Assembly: GCF_006345805.1 (NCBI RefSeq)
Contig: NC_043002.1
Span: 35,650,001 to 35,714,000, forward strand
Source: Octopus sinensis
Lineage: Eukaryota
Direction: 5' to 3'
DNA: 64,000 bases
In this document: positions 41,174-52,852 of the stretch, one piece after another
How the letters are laid out: each line of letters starts with the position of its first letter
Position numbering within the stretch: the first letter of the stretch is position 1
The notes under the pieces: model-generated
Seen by the model: the letters and a program-made list of their open reading frames with translations, nothing else
The model's database searches: none
Told to the model about the DNA's origin: nothing
Position numbers and translations under genes: made by a program

Positions 41174-42633
41174 TCTCTCTCTATATAAACGGCAGTTTGT
41201 CTGTCTGTGTGTCTGTGTGTCTGTCAGGTTGTGCCCTCACCCTGACCACAGCTTTCAACCGATTCTGATGAAACTTGACACACACATAGCCCAATGTCAT
41301 AATTCAAAACTAACGCAGCGAAAACTTTGAAAAGCTCCCCCAGTTCTGAAGAAGATCGATAAATTCGACATGGGGTCGAGAATCTAAGCTTTTTATATGC
41401 AACACATTTTCTGTTGTAGTTTTCGCAACTTGCAATCGATTTTCACCAAACTCATGGTGAAGCTTAATGTTACCCTAAGAAACTTAATTCTGACGTTAGT
41501 TTTCCATGCAATACCTTACCATCAGAAAAAATCGATAAAATCATGCCATTTTGGGAAATCGCGTTCAAATTCAAGATGACATATTTTCGACAATATCTTT
41601 CACAAATTGGCAGGAATTTTTTTTTTAATTCACAGCGAGCATCATGTCTGCTCCAAGGCCCTTTTATATGGCCCTTTTTATTCCAATAGGATACTTTATT
41701 ACTGGAAAAAATCGGTTAATTAAATCATATGTGGCACACATAGCAAACCGATTTGTGTATTAAACAAAAACCACAGACTGACTAGGGGAAGCAACTCGAC
41801 CTTTTTAACTCACTTTGCACCACTGTCGACACCCCTGCTAGCCTCCGGCACGCTGTCTTCCACGACCTACAAAACAATTTACGCGACCTAAAATGGCTGG
41901 CAGGCAGAGCTATTCTCGCACCCAAAAATACAACCGTCAACTTCATCAATATACAGCTACTTGAAGCTATTCCTGGTGATGTCCACGTCTACAAATCTAT
42001 AGATAGGACAGCAGACCCCGTCGAGCTTGCCGATTATCCTGTTGAATTCCTGAATTCACTTGAACCGCCAGTCCTGCCGCCACACATCCTGAAGTTAAAA
42101 GTCGGTGCGCCCATTATGCTCATCAGGAATTTGGTTCCACCTAAATAGTGCAACGGCACAGTCTGGTTGTGAAACATTTGGCACCACATTTAATAACGGC
42201 CACAATACTTACCGGTTGTGGGAAGGGAGAGGACGTCTTCATTCCACGGATGCACCTTCAACCGTCGGGCGCTGACCTACCAATCCACTTCAGGCGTGCT
42301 CAGTTTCCTGTTAAACTCTGCTTCGCAATGTCCATCAATAAATCCCAAGGCCAAACGCTAAAAGTCGCTGGGTTACATTTGGGCGAACAGTGCTTCGCCC
42401 ACGGTCAACTCTACGTGGGCTGTTCGCGCGTTGGGAGGCGCAATGATGTTTTCATATTTTCGCCCAAAGGGACAGCTAGGAACATCGTATACATAGAAGT
42501 ATTCGAGTGAAGAGAAGACATTGCAACCTACACATGCGCCTTCGTTCCATAGAGGGAAAGGACTAGATTGGGATTAGTCGTTGCCTACTAGGGGGCTCTT
42601 ACGTACCCGGGCAACGCCGGGCTATGCTGCTAG
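41174..42633 (+). mobile_element. Helitron derivative carrying a PIF1-type helicase C-terminal fragment
   Basis: a|TC 5' end, 3' hairpin plus CTAG|t; translated LKVGAPIMLIRNL, QFPVKLCFAMSINKSQGQTL, HGQLYVGCSRV. Confidence 0.92.
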
Positions 42634-42655
42634 TTATATATATTTATATATTCAC

Positions 42656-42733
<78 letters not shown>

Positions 42734-42822
42734 ATAAAGTTCGTCCACAGTTATTGAGTAACGGATGTCATCATCCAGAGGGAGTGCTCTTGTTACTGGA
42801 TATACATCAGTTTATATAAATA

Positions 42823-43204
42823 CTAGCAGTATCGCCCGGCGTTGCTCAGGTTTGTAAGGGAAATAACTATAAAGCATTTTTAGAGAGTTATAGCCAAAAA
42901 ATAGCAAAAAAATGGAAAAAAATGATGGTAAATTTTTTTTTAGTTAAAAAAGGTGGAGTTGCGTCCCCTAGACAGTTTGCGGTTTGTGTTTCTGATTCTC
43001 GACCCCATGTCGAATTTATCGATTTTTTTCCGAACTGGGGGAACTTTTCAAAATTTTCGCTGCGTTAGTTTTGAATTATGACATTGGGCTATGTGTGTGT
43101 CAAGTTTCATCAGAATCGGTTGAAAGCCGTGGTCAGGGTGAGGGTACAAGCAAACAGACACACAGAAACACGCACAGACAAACTGCCGTTTATATAGAGA
43201 GAGA
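42823..43204 (-). mobile_element. Short non-autonomous Helitron
   Basis: rc TC...hairpin-CTAG; almost identical to 53907-54286; 5' 200 bp shared with 41174-41390. Confidence 0.9.
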
Positions 43205-43206
43205 TA

Positions 43207-43700
43207 CTAGCTATTTTGACCCGTGCTTCGCTCGGGTTTTGGTGGTGGTGTTGTTTTGTGCGTGTTGTCTCCTTTTCCCTTTCTTCTTTTGCCTTTCCCA
43301 TATTCCTCACCATGCCAACCAGACGGTAGCCTCGAGCGACTTGCAGCCCTCCTCACACCATTGATCACCCCATTTTACCCCCCAGTGTAAATTTTAACGC
43401 CAATCCGCCTCTTAAACCGTTCCCATCCCAAAATGAGACAAATAACCAAGAAATCAAACAACTTTTTCATATTTCAGCTTTATAGATATTGATGAATAAT
43501 AGAAAATGGAATAAGCGACATTCTTTATTTAAAATCATTACAATTCTTTCCACACATCATTCCACCCGTAGAACATTGGTGAGATGATATAATGGATATA
43601 TTGTGTAATCATTATCATCCATCAAAAGTATAAGATGTGTTTCATCAGCTGATCATTCGTTAGATCATACTACCATCAGATTGTCATTCTCTCTCATACA
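43207..43700 (-). mobile_element. Helitron 3' portion of a second family
   Basis: rc cccgagcgaagcacgggtcaaaatagCTAG end; 5' boundary uncertain. Confidence 0.6.
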
Positions 43701-45072
43701 GATTAAAATGACAGTTGGATCTAACGAAGGACTTATTTAAAGCTTCCATCTGCAGAAATACATCTTACACCTTTGACAGATGAGAGTGATTACAAAATAT
43801 GTTAATTATATCATCTCGCCAATGTACTCTCTCTCATTCTCTCTCTTTCTCCTTCTCTCTCTTTCTCCTTCTCTCTCTTTCTCCTTCTCTCTCTTCTCTC
43901 TCTTTCATTCTCTCTCTCTTTCCTTCTCTCTCTCTTTCCTTCTCTCTCTCTTTCCTTCTCTCTCTCTTTCCTTCTCTCTCTCTTTCCTTCTCTCTCTCCT
44001 TCTTCCCCTCTCTCCTTCTTCCCCCTCTCTCTTTCTTCACCTCTCCCTCTCCCCTCTCCCCTTCTCGATATATATATGTATGTATGTACATATATGTATG
44101 TATATATGCATATATACATATATATTTATATATGTATGTACATATATGTATGTATATGCATATATACATATTTTATAAATATATGTATATATATATATAT
44201 ATATATAATATATATAATATATATTATATATATATATATATATATCAATCAAAGCAATTAAGATTCAAGTCCATTCCAATGAATTACTTGAATGTGGTAC
44301 TTAACTTAGATGCACCAGCAAAACTATATGGTGTTAACCATACAGTAATGTGGGGTGATTATAAACGAGAAAGAAGCAACAAGAATGGATTAGTTTTTAG
44401 TACAATTGTTTCATACAAAGACAGGCTTTATTACAAGTTGCAAAAATTGCAGCAGATAAAAGTGTCCCGTACTCATCAGCTAAAATACATATGAGTTCTC
44501 CAAACATCTTAGTGGGTGAGGCTATACTCATGAAGTATTGGAGATAATTTCATTAAAGGCAGATTTAGGTTGCAAACAGATTTCCAAAGTTCCTTAATGA
44601 TGATGCACAGTCTTATCACAGGTTCTTAAAAGCCTTATTAGCTTCACAGGGAAGATGAATTAATCCGTAGTGTAGATTTAAATTTCCAGAGATATGAGGA
44701 GGATGATGCACAGACTTATCACAGGTTTTTAAAAGCTTATTAGCTTCACAGAAAAGGTGAATTAATCCATAGTGTAGATTTAAATTTCCAGAGATATGAG
44801 GAGGAATTTCATACTCACAGACGATGAATTTATCCATTGTTAATCCACAATCATTTCATGCTATATGATAAGGTATTTGCCACATGAATGTGGTTGCAAA
44901 CAGATTTCCAAAGTTCCTTAATGATGATGCACAGTCTTATCACAGGTTCTGTGAGTATGAAATTCCTCCTCATATCTCTGGAAATTTAAATCTACACTAC
45001 GGATTAATTCACCTTTTCTGTACATAGAGGAATTTATCTGTAATATAATATGTGACAGTTATTCGGTTGCCA

Positions 45073-45135
45073 TAATAAAACTTCGAGTTTCGGATGTCGG
45101 GGCGGAAATCTACTCCGGCATCTCGTCAGTTATTA
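45073..45135 (-). ncRNA. Minimal type I hammerhead ribozyme at PLE 3' region
   Basis: rc taataa-CTGACGA-gatg...catcc-GAAA-ctcgaag-TT-ttatta; stem I taataa/ttatta, short stem III. Confidence 0.7.
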
Positions 45136-45739
45136 AGACAATAAAAGAATGCTATGGAAATGATCGTTAAACAAAGAGGTATTACTATGTAAATGACCGT
45201 TATTAAGACAAACAAAAGAGCTATTAGAATGATCGTTAAATAAAGGGAAAAAAAACCCGAAGGTGAGAAAGTAAAAAAGTAAAAACGCTCATAAAATTCG
45301 CGTATGCGCGCATGTACATACATACACATGCGCGTACGCACACCCACGTACATATGCCTATATGCATATGCTCATTCACACGCGTGAAACACATACATGC
45401 ACGCCCACACACACGCCTATATGTGCACATATATACTCAACCATACATGTACACATATACATATCCGCACACATGCACACACACGTGCACATACCCATAC
45501 GCGCATAGTTATATTCATATACACATCTAAATACACACATGCTATATATGCATATGCTCACTCACACTCGCGTGAAACACATGCATGCACACCCACATGC
45601 ACAAGAAAAATGTAGGGCGAGAGGTAAAATACAGAAAGAATAAGTAAAAATATATAAAGCAATAAAAATGTATAAAAAATATATTAAAATACGTAGAAAA
45701 TATATATAAAAATGTATAGAGATAAAATGCTTGTACGTG

Positions 45740-46590
45740 GACACAATATATAAAGCAGGTTCTATCTGTGATCATGGGGGAACCAGAAACGTAACAAATA
45801 TTTAGCCATATATGGACATGAACCAAAAAGTTCAGTTCTTGAATGTAGACATGTAGCGGGGTCTAAGCTGCTTTTCCAGATGAGCCATCTTTCCATATCA
45901 CAAAAACCGCACTTTCCACTGCCGTTGGTGTAAGGCTTACACTTGGCTAATATCTTCCAATGGATGTTGTAATTGACACCTTTTTCTTTTAAGGACCATA
46001 TATGACTGGATAATTTGGTTGTTTATTCCAGTGTCTGAAGCTCAAGGTGTGATTGTTGAACCTGACTTTAAAATTCTCCTCTGTGAGACTCACATATTTC
46101 TTTGGCGAAACTATGTCCTTAGTAGTTGTAGAGTCTACGGTGGCTTCATAAATGATGGTCTCGGACATGCAAGCTCCATTTAGCGGGCACAAATTTTTAT
46201 TCCTGCATGAACAGCTGGTTTCATTTCATTGTTTTTGTGTGTTGTGTGCGATTATATTTTTAAAATTAGTAGTTGAGCTAAAACTGATTTTTAGGTTATG
46301 TCTATTGAAGAGCTTTCTGTAACCATGATTAAGTGGAAAATGTCTATCTATAAGTGCTAAGAAATATTTACCTGTATTAAAGGTCACTTTGGGTGAGTAA
46401 GAGGTGTGTGAACCAGATAGTTTTCCTATTCCTATGTTTCCATTTCTATATTATTGGACTGGTAACAGGTGTATAGGTTATTTCCTCGCTAAATCCACTA
46501 TCTTTTAAAGCATTATTATATACTGTGTGCTGCTTGTTCAGCAACACATTTTCGGTTTCTCGAATCACGATGGATCACCATCATCATCAT
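45740..46590 (-). mobile_element. Penelope-like element, post-RT and GIY-YIG endonuclease region
   Basis: YNNALKDSGF; CPLNGAC...IIYEATV...KYVSLTEENFKVRFNNH; LSSHIWSLKEKGVNYNIHWKILAKCKPYTNGSGKCGFC. Confidence 0.9.
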
Positions 46591-46895
46591 TCATTATATA
46601 TATATAATATATATATTATATTATATATATATATAATTATATTTAAAAATTAAGGGGGTAGAAATTGATATTAGTCAATTAAAACCAGTGGTCTAGCACA
46701 TTAAAAAGAATCCGAAGATTAAAATATTTATATATACCAATTAAGGACTGAACACGAAAAAGGTGGACAGTCAACATGCTAGATATAGACGTCAAATCGC
46801 CATTCTCACAAGGATTATGTTCTCAAATTAAAATAAAATTCAGCACGACCTAAAGCAATGGATGAGACAAAAGAAATATACTAAATGAATAATAC

Positions 46896-46955
46896 CTACG
46901 TACTGCAGTTTCAGCTATTAATATCACAAGGATATCTGTAGCTTCATCAGCGTAG
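46896..46955 (-). ncRNA. Minimal type I hammerhead ribozyme (intact core)
   Basis: rc ctacg-CTGATGA-agcta[cag atatc cttgt gatat taa]tagct-GAAA-ctgcag-TA-cgtag: stems I and II pair, palindromic stem III, GUA cleavage triplet. Confidence 0.88.
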
Positions 46956-47397
46956 TTTGTTATGAGCATAATATGCTGTACTAGATGAAAAACGGTACCG
47001 GAGTCCCGCATGAAAAAGTACAACCTATTACGTTCGGATGTATCTTTCGAATGCCTCTACTTTTGGCGCGCTGATAATCGAAAAACTAGCCTGCAGCCAA
47101 TAATTAGCAGCAGTCAATTTATCGGTTTGAGAACATATATTTCATATTTAAAAATTAGGGTAGAAATTGATATTAGTCAATTAAAACCAGTGGTCTAGCA
47201 CATTAAAAAGAATCCGAAGATTAAAATATTTATATATACCAATTAAGGACTGAACACGAAAAAGGTGGACAGTCAACATGCTAGATATAGACGTCAATCG
47301 CCATTCTCCAAATGATTATGTTCTCAAATAAAAATAAAATTCAGCACGACCTAAAGCAATGGATGAGACAAAAGAATATACTAAATGGAATAATTAC

Positions 47398-47455
47398 CTA
47401 CGTACTTAGCAGTTTCAGCTATTATATCACAAGTATCTGTAGCTTCATCAGCGTA
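47398..47455 (-). ncRNA. Hammerhead ribozyme, second tandem copy (stem III loop variant)
   Basis: rc tacg-CTGATGA-agcta...tagct-GAAA-ctgctaag-TA-cgtag. Confidence 0.75.
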
Positions 47456-47782
47456 TTTGTTATGAGCATAATATGCTGTACTAGATGAAAAACGGTACCG
47501 GAGTCCCGCATTGCAAAAAGTACACCTATTACGTTCGGATGTATCTTTCGAATGCCTCTACTTTTGGCGCGCTGATAATCGACAAACTAGCCTGCAGCCA
47601 ATAATTAGCAGCAGTCAATTTATCGTTTGAGAACATATTTTCATATTTAAAAATTAAGGGTAGAAATTGATATTAGTCAATTAAAACCAGTGGTCTAGCA
47701 CATTAAAAAGAATCCGAAGATTAAAATATTTATATATACCAATTAAGGACTGACACGAAAAAGGTGGACAGTCAACATGCTA

Positions 47783-48211
47783 ATTTCTACCCTTAATTTT
47801 TAAATATGAAATATGTTCTCAAACCGATAAATTGACTGCTGCTAATTATTGGCTGCAGGCTAGTTTTTCGATTATCAGCGCGCCAAAAGTAAGGCATTCG
47901 AAAGATACATCCGAACGTAATAGGTTGTACTTTTTGCATGCGGGACTCCGGTACCGTTTTTCATCTAGTACAGCATATTATGCTCATAACAAACTACGCT
48001 GATGAAGCTACAGATATCCTTGTGATATAATAGCTGAACTGCAGTACGTAGGTAATTATTCCATTTAGTATATTTCTTTTGTCTCATCCATTGCTTTAGG
48101 TCGTGCTGAATTTTATTTTTATTTGAGAACATAATCCTTGTGGAGAATGGCGATTTGACGTCTATATCTAGCATGTTGACTGTCCACCTTTTTCGTGTTC
48201 AGTCCTTAATT

Positions 48212-48215
<4 letters not shown>
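47783..48215 (+). repeat. Inverted partial copy of the ~500 bp hammerhead unit
   Basis: Reverse complement of unit sequence; ends in (TA)n. Confidence 0.9.
47994..48051 (+). ncRNA. Hammerhead ribozyme, third copy lacking one A of GAAA
   Basis: ctacg-CTGATGA-agcta...tagct-GAA-ctgcag-TA-cgtag. Confidence 0.6.
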
Positions 48216-48278
<63 letters not shown>

Positions 48279-48280
48279 TA

Positions 48281-48480
48281 AATAAGCAACAAGGATATCC
48301 AAGGTAGTGTAATAGAATCGTTTCATGCTACTTCATTTTATTAAACATGTGGACGGGCAATCTTGTGACTGAAGATTGCCCGACATTTTAAAAAACTTAT
48401 GTAATACTTACAGTGTTTAATAAAATGAAGTAGCATGAAACGATTGTATTACACTACCTTGGATATCCTTGTTGCTTATT
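48281..48480. repeat. 67-bp-arm foldback with inner hairpin and hammerhead-like motifs
   Basis: Arms 48281-48347 / 48414-48480 with one mismatch; inner gggcaatctt...aagattgccc. Confidence 0.8.
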
Positions 48481-48593
48481 TTGATATAATCACCCCATTT
48501 GATTTATATAGATAATACCATACAAATTCTGGTGCCTTTAACTTAAGTATCATATTCATCTGAATTTAAATGTTGCTGAACTTATATATATAT

Positions 48594-48653
<60 letters not shown>

Positions 48654-48654
48654 C

Positions 48655-48900
48655 TATATTACAGTGATAATGATTGTGATCCATCGTGGTCCAAGAAAGA
48701 CCAAATGTGTTGGCTGAACAAGCTGCACAGATGGTTTATTTATAGTGGTCATGTATCAGGAGGGCTAACAGGCTAAATGTTAATTCTAACGGTATGTACC
48801 GAGCCTAAAAGATTGCTTAGAGATGCATGGCATGTTATATAAATCTGCCAATCTGTTTGTTGTATCTCTACAGCATGAAACTATAAGTAGTTTCTTTTGT
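48655..48900 (+). mobile_element. PLE post-RT fragment, inverted relative to 46400-46590
   Basis: gtgatccatcgtg...aatgtgttg(g)ctgaacaagc shared with rc of 46500-46590. Confidence 0.6.
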
Positions 48901-49521
48901 AAATTACATATATTATATGATATTTATATCTCACTGGACAGAGTACTTTTTATTGATCCTATGTATAATTGAACAGTACGCACATAGATACCACCACACA
49001 CACACACACAGACAGACACACAGACACACACACACACACATTACTCACATGTACACAAACACACACGCTACACAGATACTGCCACACAGACACACACATA
49101 TTATCCACACATACACGAACACACACGCACAAGAGGTACTACCACACACTCACACACGCACACACACATACACGCTCGCACGCACGCACACACATATACG
49201 CACGCACACACACACACACACGGGCGCACACACATACACACTCATACTGGCGATCTTCACTCTCTCCTTTCTCAAAAAACCACTTTCTCTATTTCTTTCT
49301 ATTTCCTGTCACTTCAGTAATGTAATTACACACGTGCTGTTGGCGATTTCCTTTCCTTCATTGGTCTTTTTTCTTTCTCCTTTCCAACGAAGAGTTATGC
49401 TCAAAACGGCTCTTCTTTCACCAAACATTAAGCTAAGACATTTCTAATGCACGTCCTCATTTTATCCATTTTTAATCGTTTATTCGAATTGTTTGTTTAT
49501 TTGAATTGACTATATATAACT

Positions 49522-49600
<79 letters not shown>

Positions 49601-49630
49601 CATACATATATATATATACATATGTAGTAT

Positions 49631-50420
49631 GCAAGGTCTGATCAATAAGTATCTGGACTGTTGCTATAGTAACGAAGATAAAGCACGCAGAATGAAGCCG
49701 CTTGGCACAGATTGATCTTGAACTCTGTTGTGCATGCGCACTAAGTTTTATCGTTCTAGCTCAATTCTGTTGTTTACAGCAGTGCTTGGAAGGAACGTGT
49801 GTAGCGTGTATTCGTCGCACTGATCATGACAGAGCCCTAGACAAAGTTGCAGAAATTGTATGGAGAGGAGTGTATGAGCTGCACACAAGTGTACGAGTGG
49901 TTCAGACGTTTCCAAGATGGACGAAAAAATGTTGATAGTGACAAACGTTCTGGGAGACCCACAACTAGAAGAACTGAGAAAAACATTGCAGATGTGCGTG
50001 CAGCTGTGAGAGGAAATCGTCAAATCACCATTCGTGAGTTATCAGAGGATGTGCAGATTAGTTACGGTTCAGTTCAGTCCATTATTACTGAAGATTTGTG
50101 TATGAGACCCGTGTCTGCTAAGTTTGTGCCAAAACTGCTTTCAGCTGACCAAGAGACACTCGAATTTCAGTTCTTGATTATGTCGAGAACGATGAAAACT
50201 TTGCGTAGGCCTCTGAGTAGGTATCATCAAGCTTTTGGCAAACGTTGATGCAGATTCTCTGCTCAACTTTCTCTGTCATGGTTAATGCAATGATCACACG
50301 CTACACACGTTCCTTCTAAGCACTTCTGTAAACAGCGGAAGTGAGTTAGAATATTGAAACTTAGTACGCAAGCATAGCAGAGTTCAAGGCCAATCTGTGC
50401 CAAGCAACTTCAATCCGCAT
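49631..50420 (+). mobile_element. Deleted mariner transposon (N-terminal HTH region)
   Basis: VYEWFRRFQDGR..V.SDKRSGRP...ITIRELSE...AKFVPKLLS; 49692-49727 has an inverted counterpart near 50378-50415. Confidence 0.88.
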
Positions 50421-50785
50421 GTGTATATATATATATCGGAAGTCTGTCGATGTTGCTGTGGTGTTTCATACATGGTGGTTATAGTAGTGGTGGTATATGT
50501 CTATACTTATGTATGTTGTATTTGTGCACGTGCTTGAATGCACACCTCTGCATATCTGCTCAACTGTTATCTTTTACTTCTGCTTTATCACATAAGTATA
50601 CATGTGTGTATATACACCCACCCACACACAAGCAAATAAATGTACAAACGAATGAAAGAAAGGGCATAACACATCGTTGAAGTAAAATATTTGATTTTAT
50701 TAAAATAAATCCTATTGTTTGGACGTACATGCAGAGATACACATGCGTATATGAATGTATATTCATATATGTGTGAGCATATGTA

Positions 50786-50832
<47 letters not shown>

Positions 50833-50899
50833 ACACACGCACAAATATATGTGTGTGTGTGTGTGTGGGAGAGAGAGAGAATGTGTGTATGAGAATTGG

Positions 50900-51120
50900 T
50901 TTAAGTCTTAAAACAAATTGCAGTTACTTTTAAAAATTGTTTTACAAATTTATTAAAATATCATACCGGTTTCAACATTTTTTTTACCTTCTCTTCCTTG
51001 TAAACTTTTATGCTGTATTCTGTTTACCATCGAAGAAGAAAAAAATGTTGAAATCAGTATGGTATTTTGATAAATATGTAAAACAATTTTAAAAAAGAAC
51101 TACAGTTCGTTTTAAAACCC
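50900..51120. mobile_element. Diverged foldback MITE-like element
   Basis: ~80 bp imperfect inverted arms (ttttaaaaattgttttaca...tttcaacatttttt). Confidence 0.6.
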
Positions 51121-51268
51121 AGGTGCGTTTTCATCTCTAAAACCAATTGTGCATATTTACTTGCGTGGAAGCAAACCTCCTCTCTTTCTCTCTGTCCCTG
51201 TTTCTCTTTCTCCCTCTCTCCCCTCTCTCTATATATGTATATATGCAAATATGTATATATATATATGC

Positions 51269-51299
<31 letters not shown>

Positions 51300-51499
51300 T
51301 ATATATATGTATGTATACACACACAAATATACATATATAAAATAAAAGAAGGAAAATGCACCCAGTTTACATAGTATTAATATACTTTTTAATATAGTTT
51401 ATAAGTGAAAGAGTATTGTGTTTTCGACAGATTTCGCTTTCGCTAATCATGACGTTGAAAATATTGTAATTTCGTGTTTTCTTAAGATTTTAGTCCATG

Positions 51500-52310
51500 T
51501 TGTGTGTGAAGCTTGTGAATAATGAAAATAAAGTAGAAAAATCTAAGGAGAGGTAATTGGTGATCGTTATTATTGGGGACAGGGAAGGTAATTGCCCATC
51601 TTTTGGGGAGGGAATAAATAAATATATATGCAAAAACTCAAAAGCTAAAGTAGTGAGATGAAATATGTCCAGTGATGAGTATGTGTTCATGAAAGAAAAT
51701 TTATACAGAGACCTAAGTTGGTTGCGCGTTCATATTTAGGCTTGCTCTGTATTCTTCGATGAATAAGTTTTTTTATTTAAATGTTCTTGTACAGAAATTG
51801 TTTCTTTGCACTAGTAGATAGGGGAAACTGTGAAGTTTGGTTGTATATTACCTGCACATCTCTCTATGTGTTAACTCAAACGAATCTGTCTATACTGCGG
51901 GAACTGGATCTGTTCCTTATGTAGTGTGGTCTGCTGTCTCAGTGTCATATCTGTCTGTCCTATATAGTTATGTCCACAACCTGAACAAGTTATAACATAA
52001 ATTAGATATTCGGAAGCACAAGTGAACTTGGTTTTTATTGTGAAAATTTCTTCATGTTTGAATAGGAATTCCGAACCTTCCAGCAGGTTGGGGCATATTT
52101 ACAGTTTTGGCGTTCACATTTATGTATTTTCAGAATGTTGTTCATTTTTGGATCCTTAGTGAGCATAGGTAGATTTTGTACAATAATGTTGTATGCCTCA
52201 TTGTTTCTAGGGTTGTGAGTTGATATTGACGGTAGTATTTTGAAATGAGGTATGGTGTTACGTTTCATTACCATTTCAATGCCTAATTTCTTAGCACGTT
52301 TAAGTCATTC
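51500..52310 (-). mobile_element. Degenerate PLE GIY-YIG region
   Basis: rc encodes NYIGQTDMTLRQQTTLHKEQIQFPQYRQIRLS.HIERC. Confidence 0.75.
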
Positions 52311-52790
52311 GTCCATAAGTGAGAGTGGATATTGTCTTTGAGCTAGTGCTGTTCTGAGGTCTTGAAGACGGAGGTCTCGATAATTTCCATCAGAGTAAAA
52401 ATTTATTTTAAAACTTTGGCAGTGACTTCGAAGTTTCACCAAAATTCGCCTTTGACTCTGTTAGCTTTTATGTATATATAAACTTATAATAATTAGTTAT
52501 GTATGATTAATTAGTGCCACAGGAAGGAGATAGTGATGCAGAACTAGGAGGTTGTGAAAGAAAAATATAGCGTGAGTGGCAGTAAGGGAAGTAAAATGAA
52601 ATTGAGCGAAAGATTAAACATCACTCTACCATTCTTGGACTGAGTACCAAATAAGGAAACAATGAGTTATAAAATTAAAATGAGGGTGGATTAAAGTAAG
52701 AGGCATATCATTACATTTGAAGCGATAAATACATCAACGATAGAAAATGTTGCTATGTCGTACCTTGATTCAAACAAAATGATAAAATTT

Positions 52791-52852
<62 letters not shown>

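Larger units (their letters stand above)
46639..47782 (-). repeat. Tandem ~500 bp non-coding units (about 2.3 copies) each with a hammerhead; retrozyme-like
   Basis: Unit starts at 46639, 47144, 47643; flanked by (TA)n; no substantial ORF. Confidence 0.9.

Noticed and set aside
51420-51480. Possible hammerhead relic downstream of the PLE at 51.5-52.3 kb
   Set aside because: Core reads atgatta rather than CTGATGA and stems are too weak to support a call
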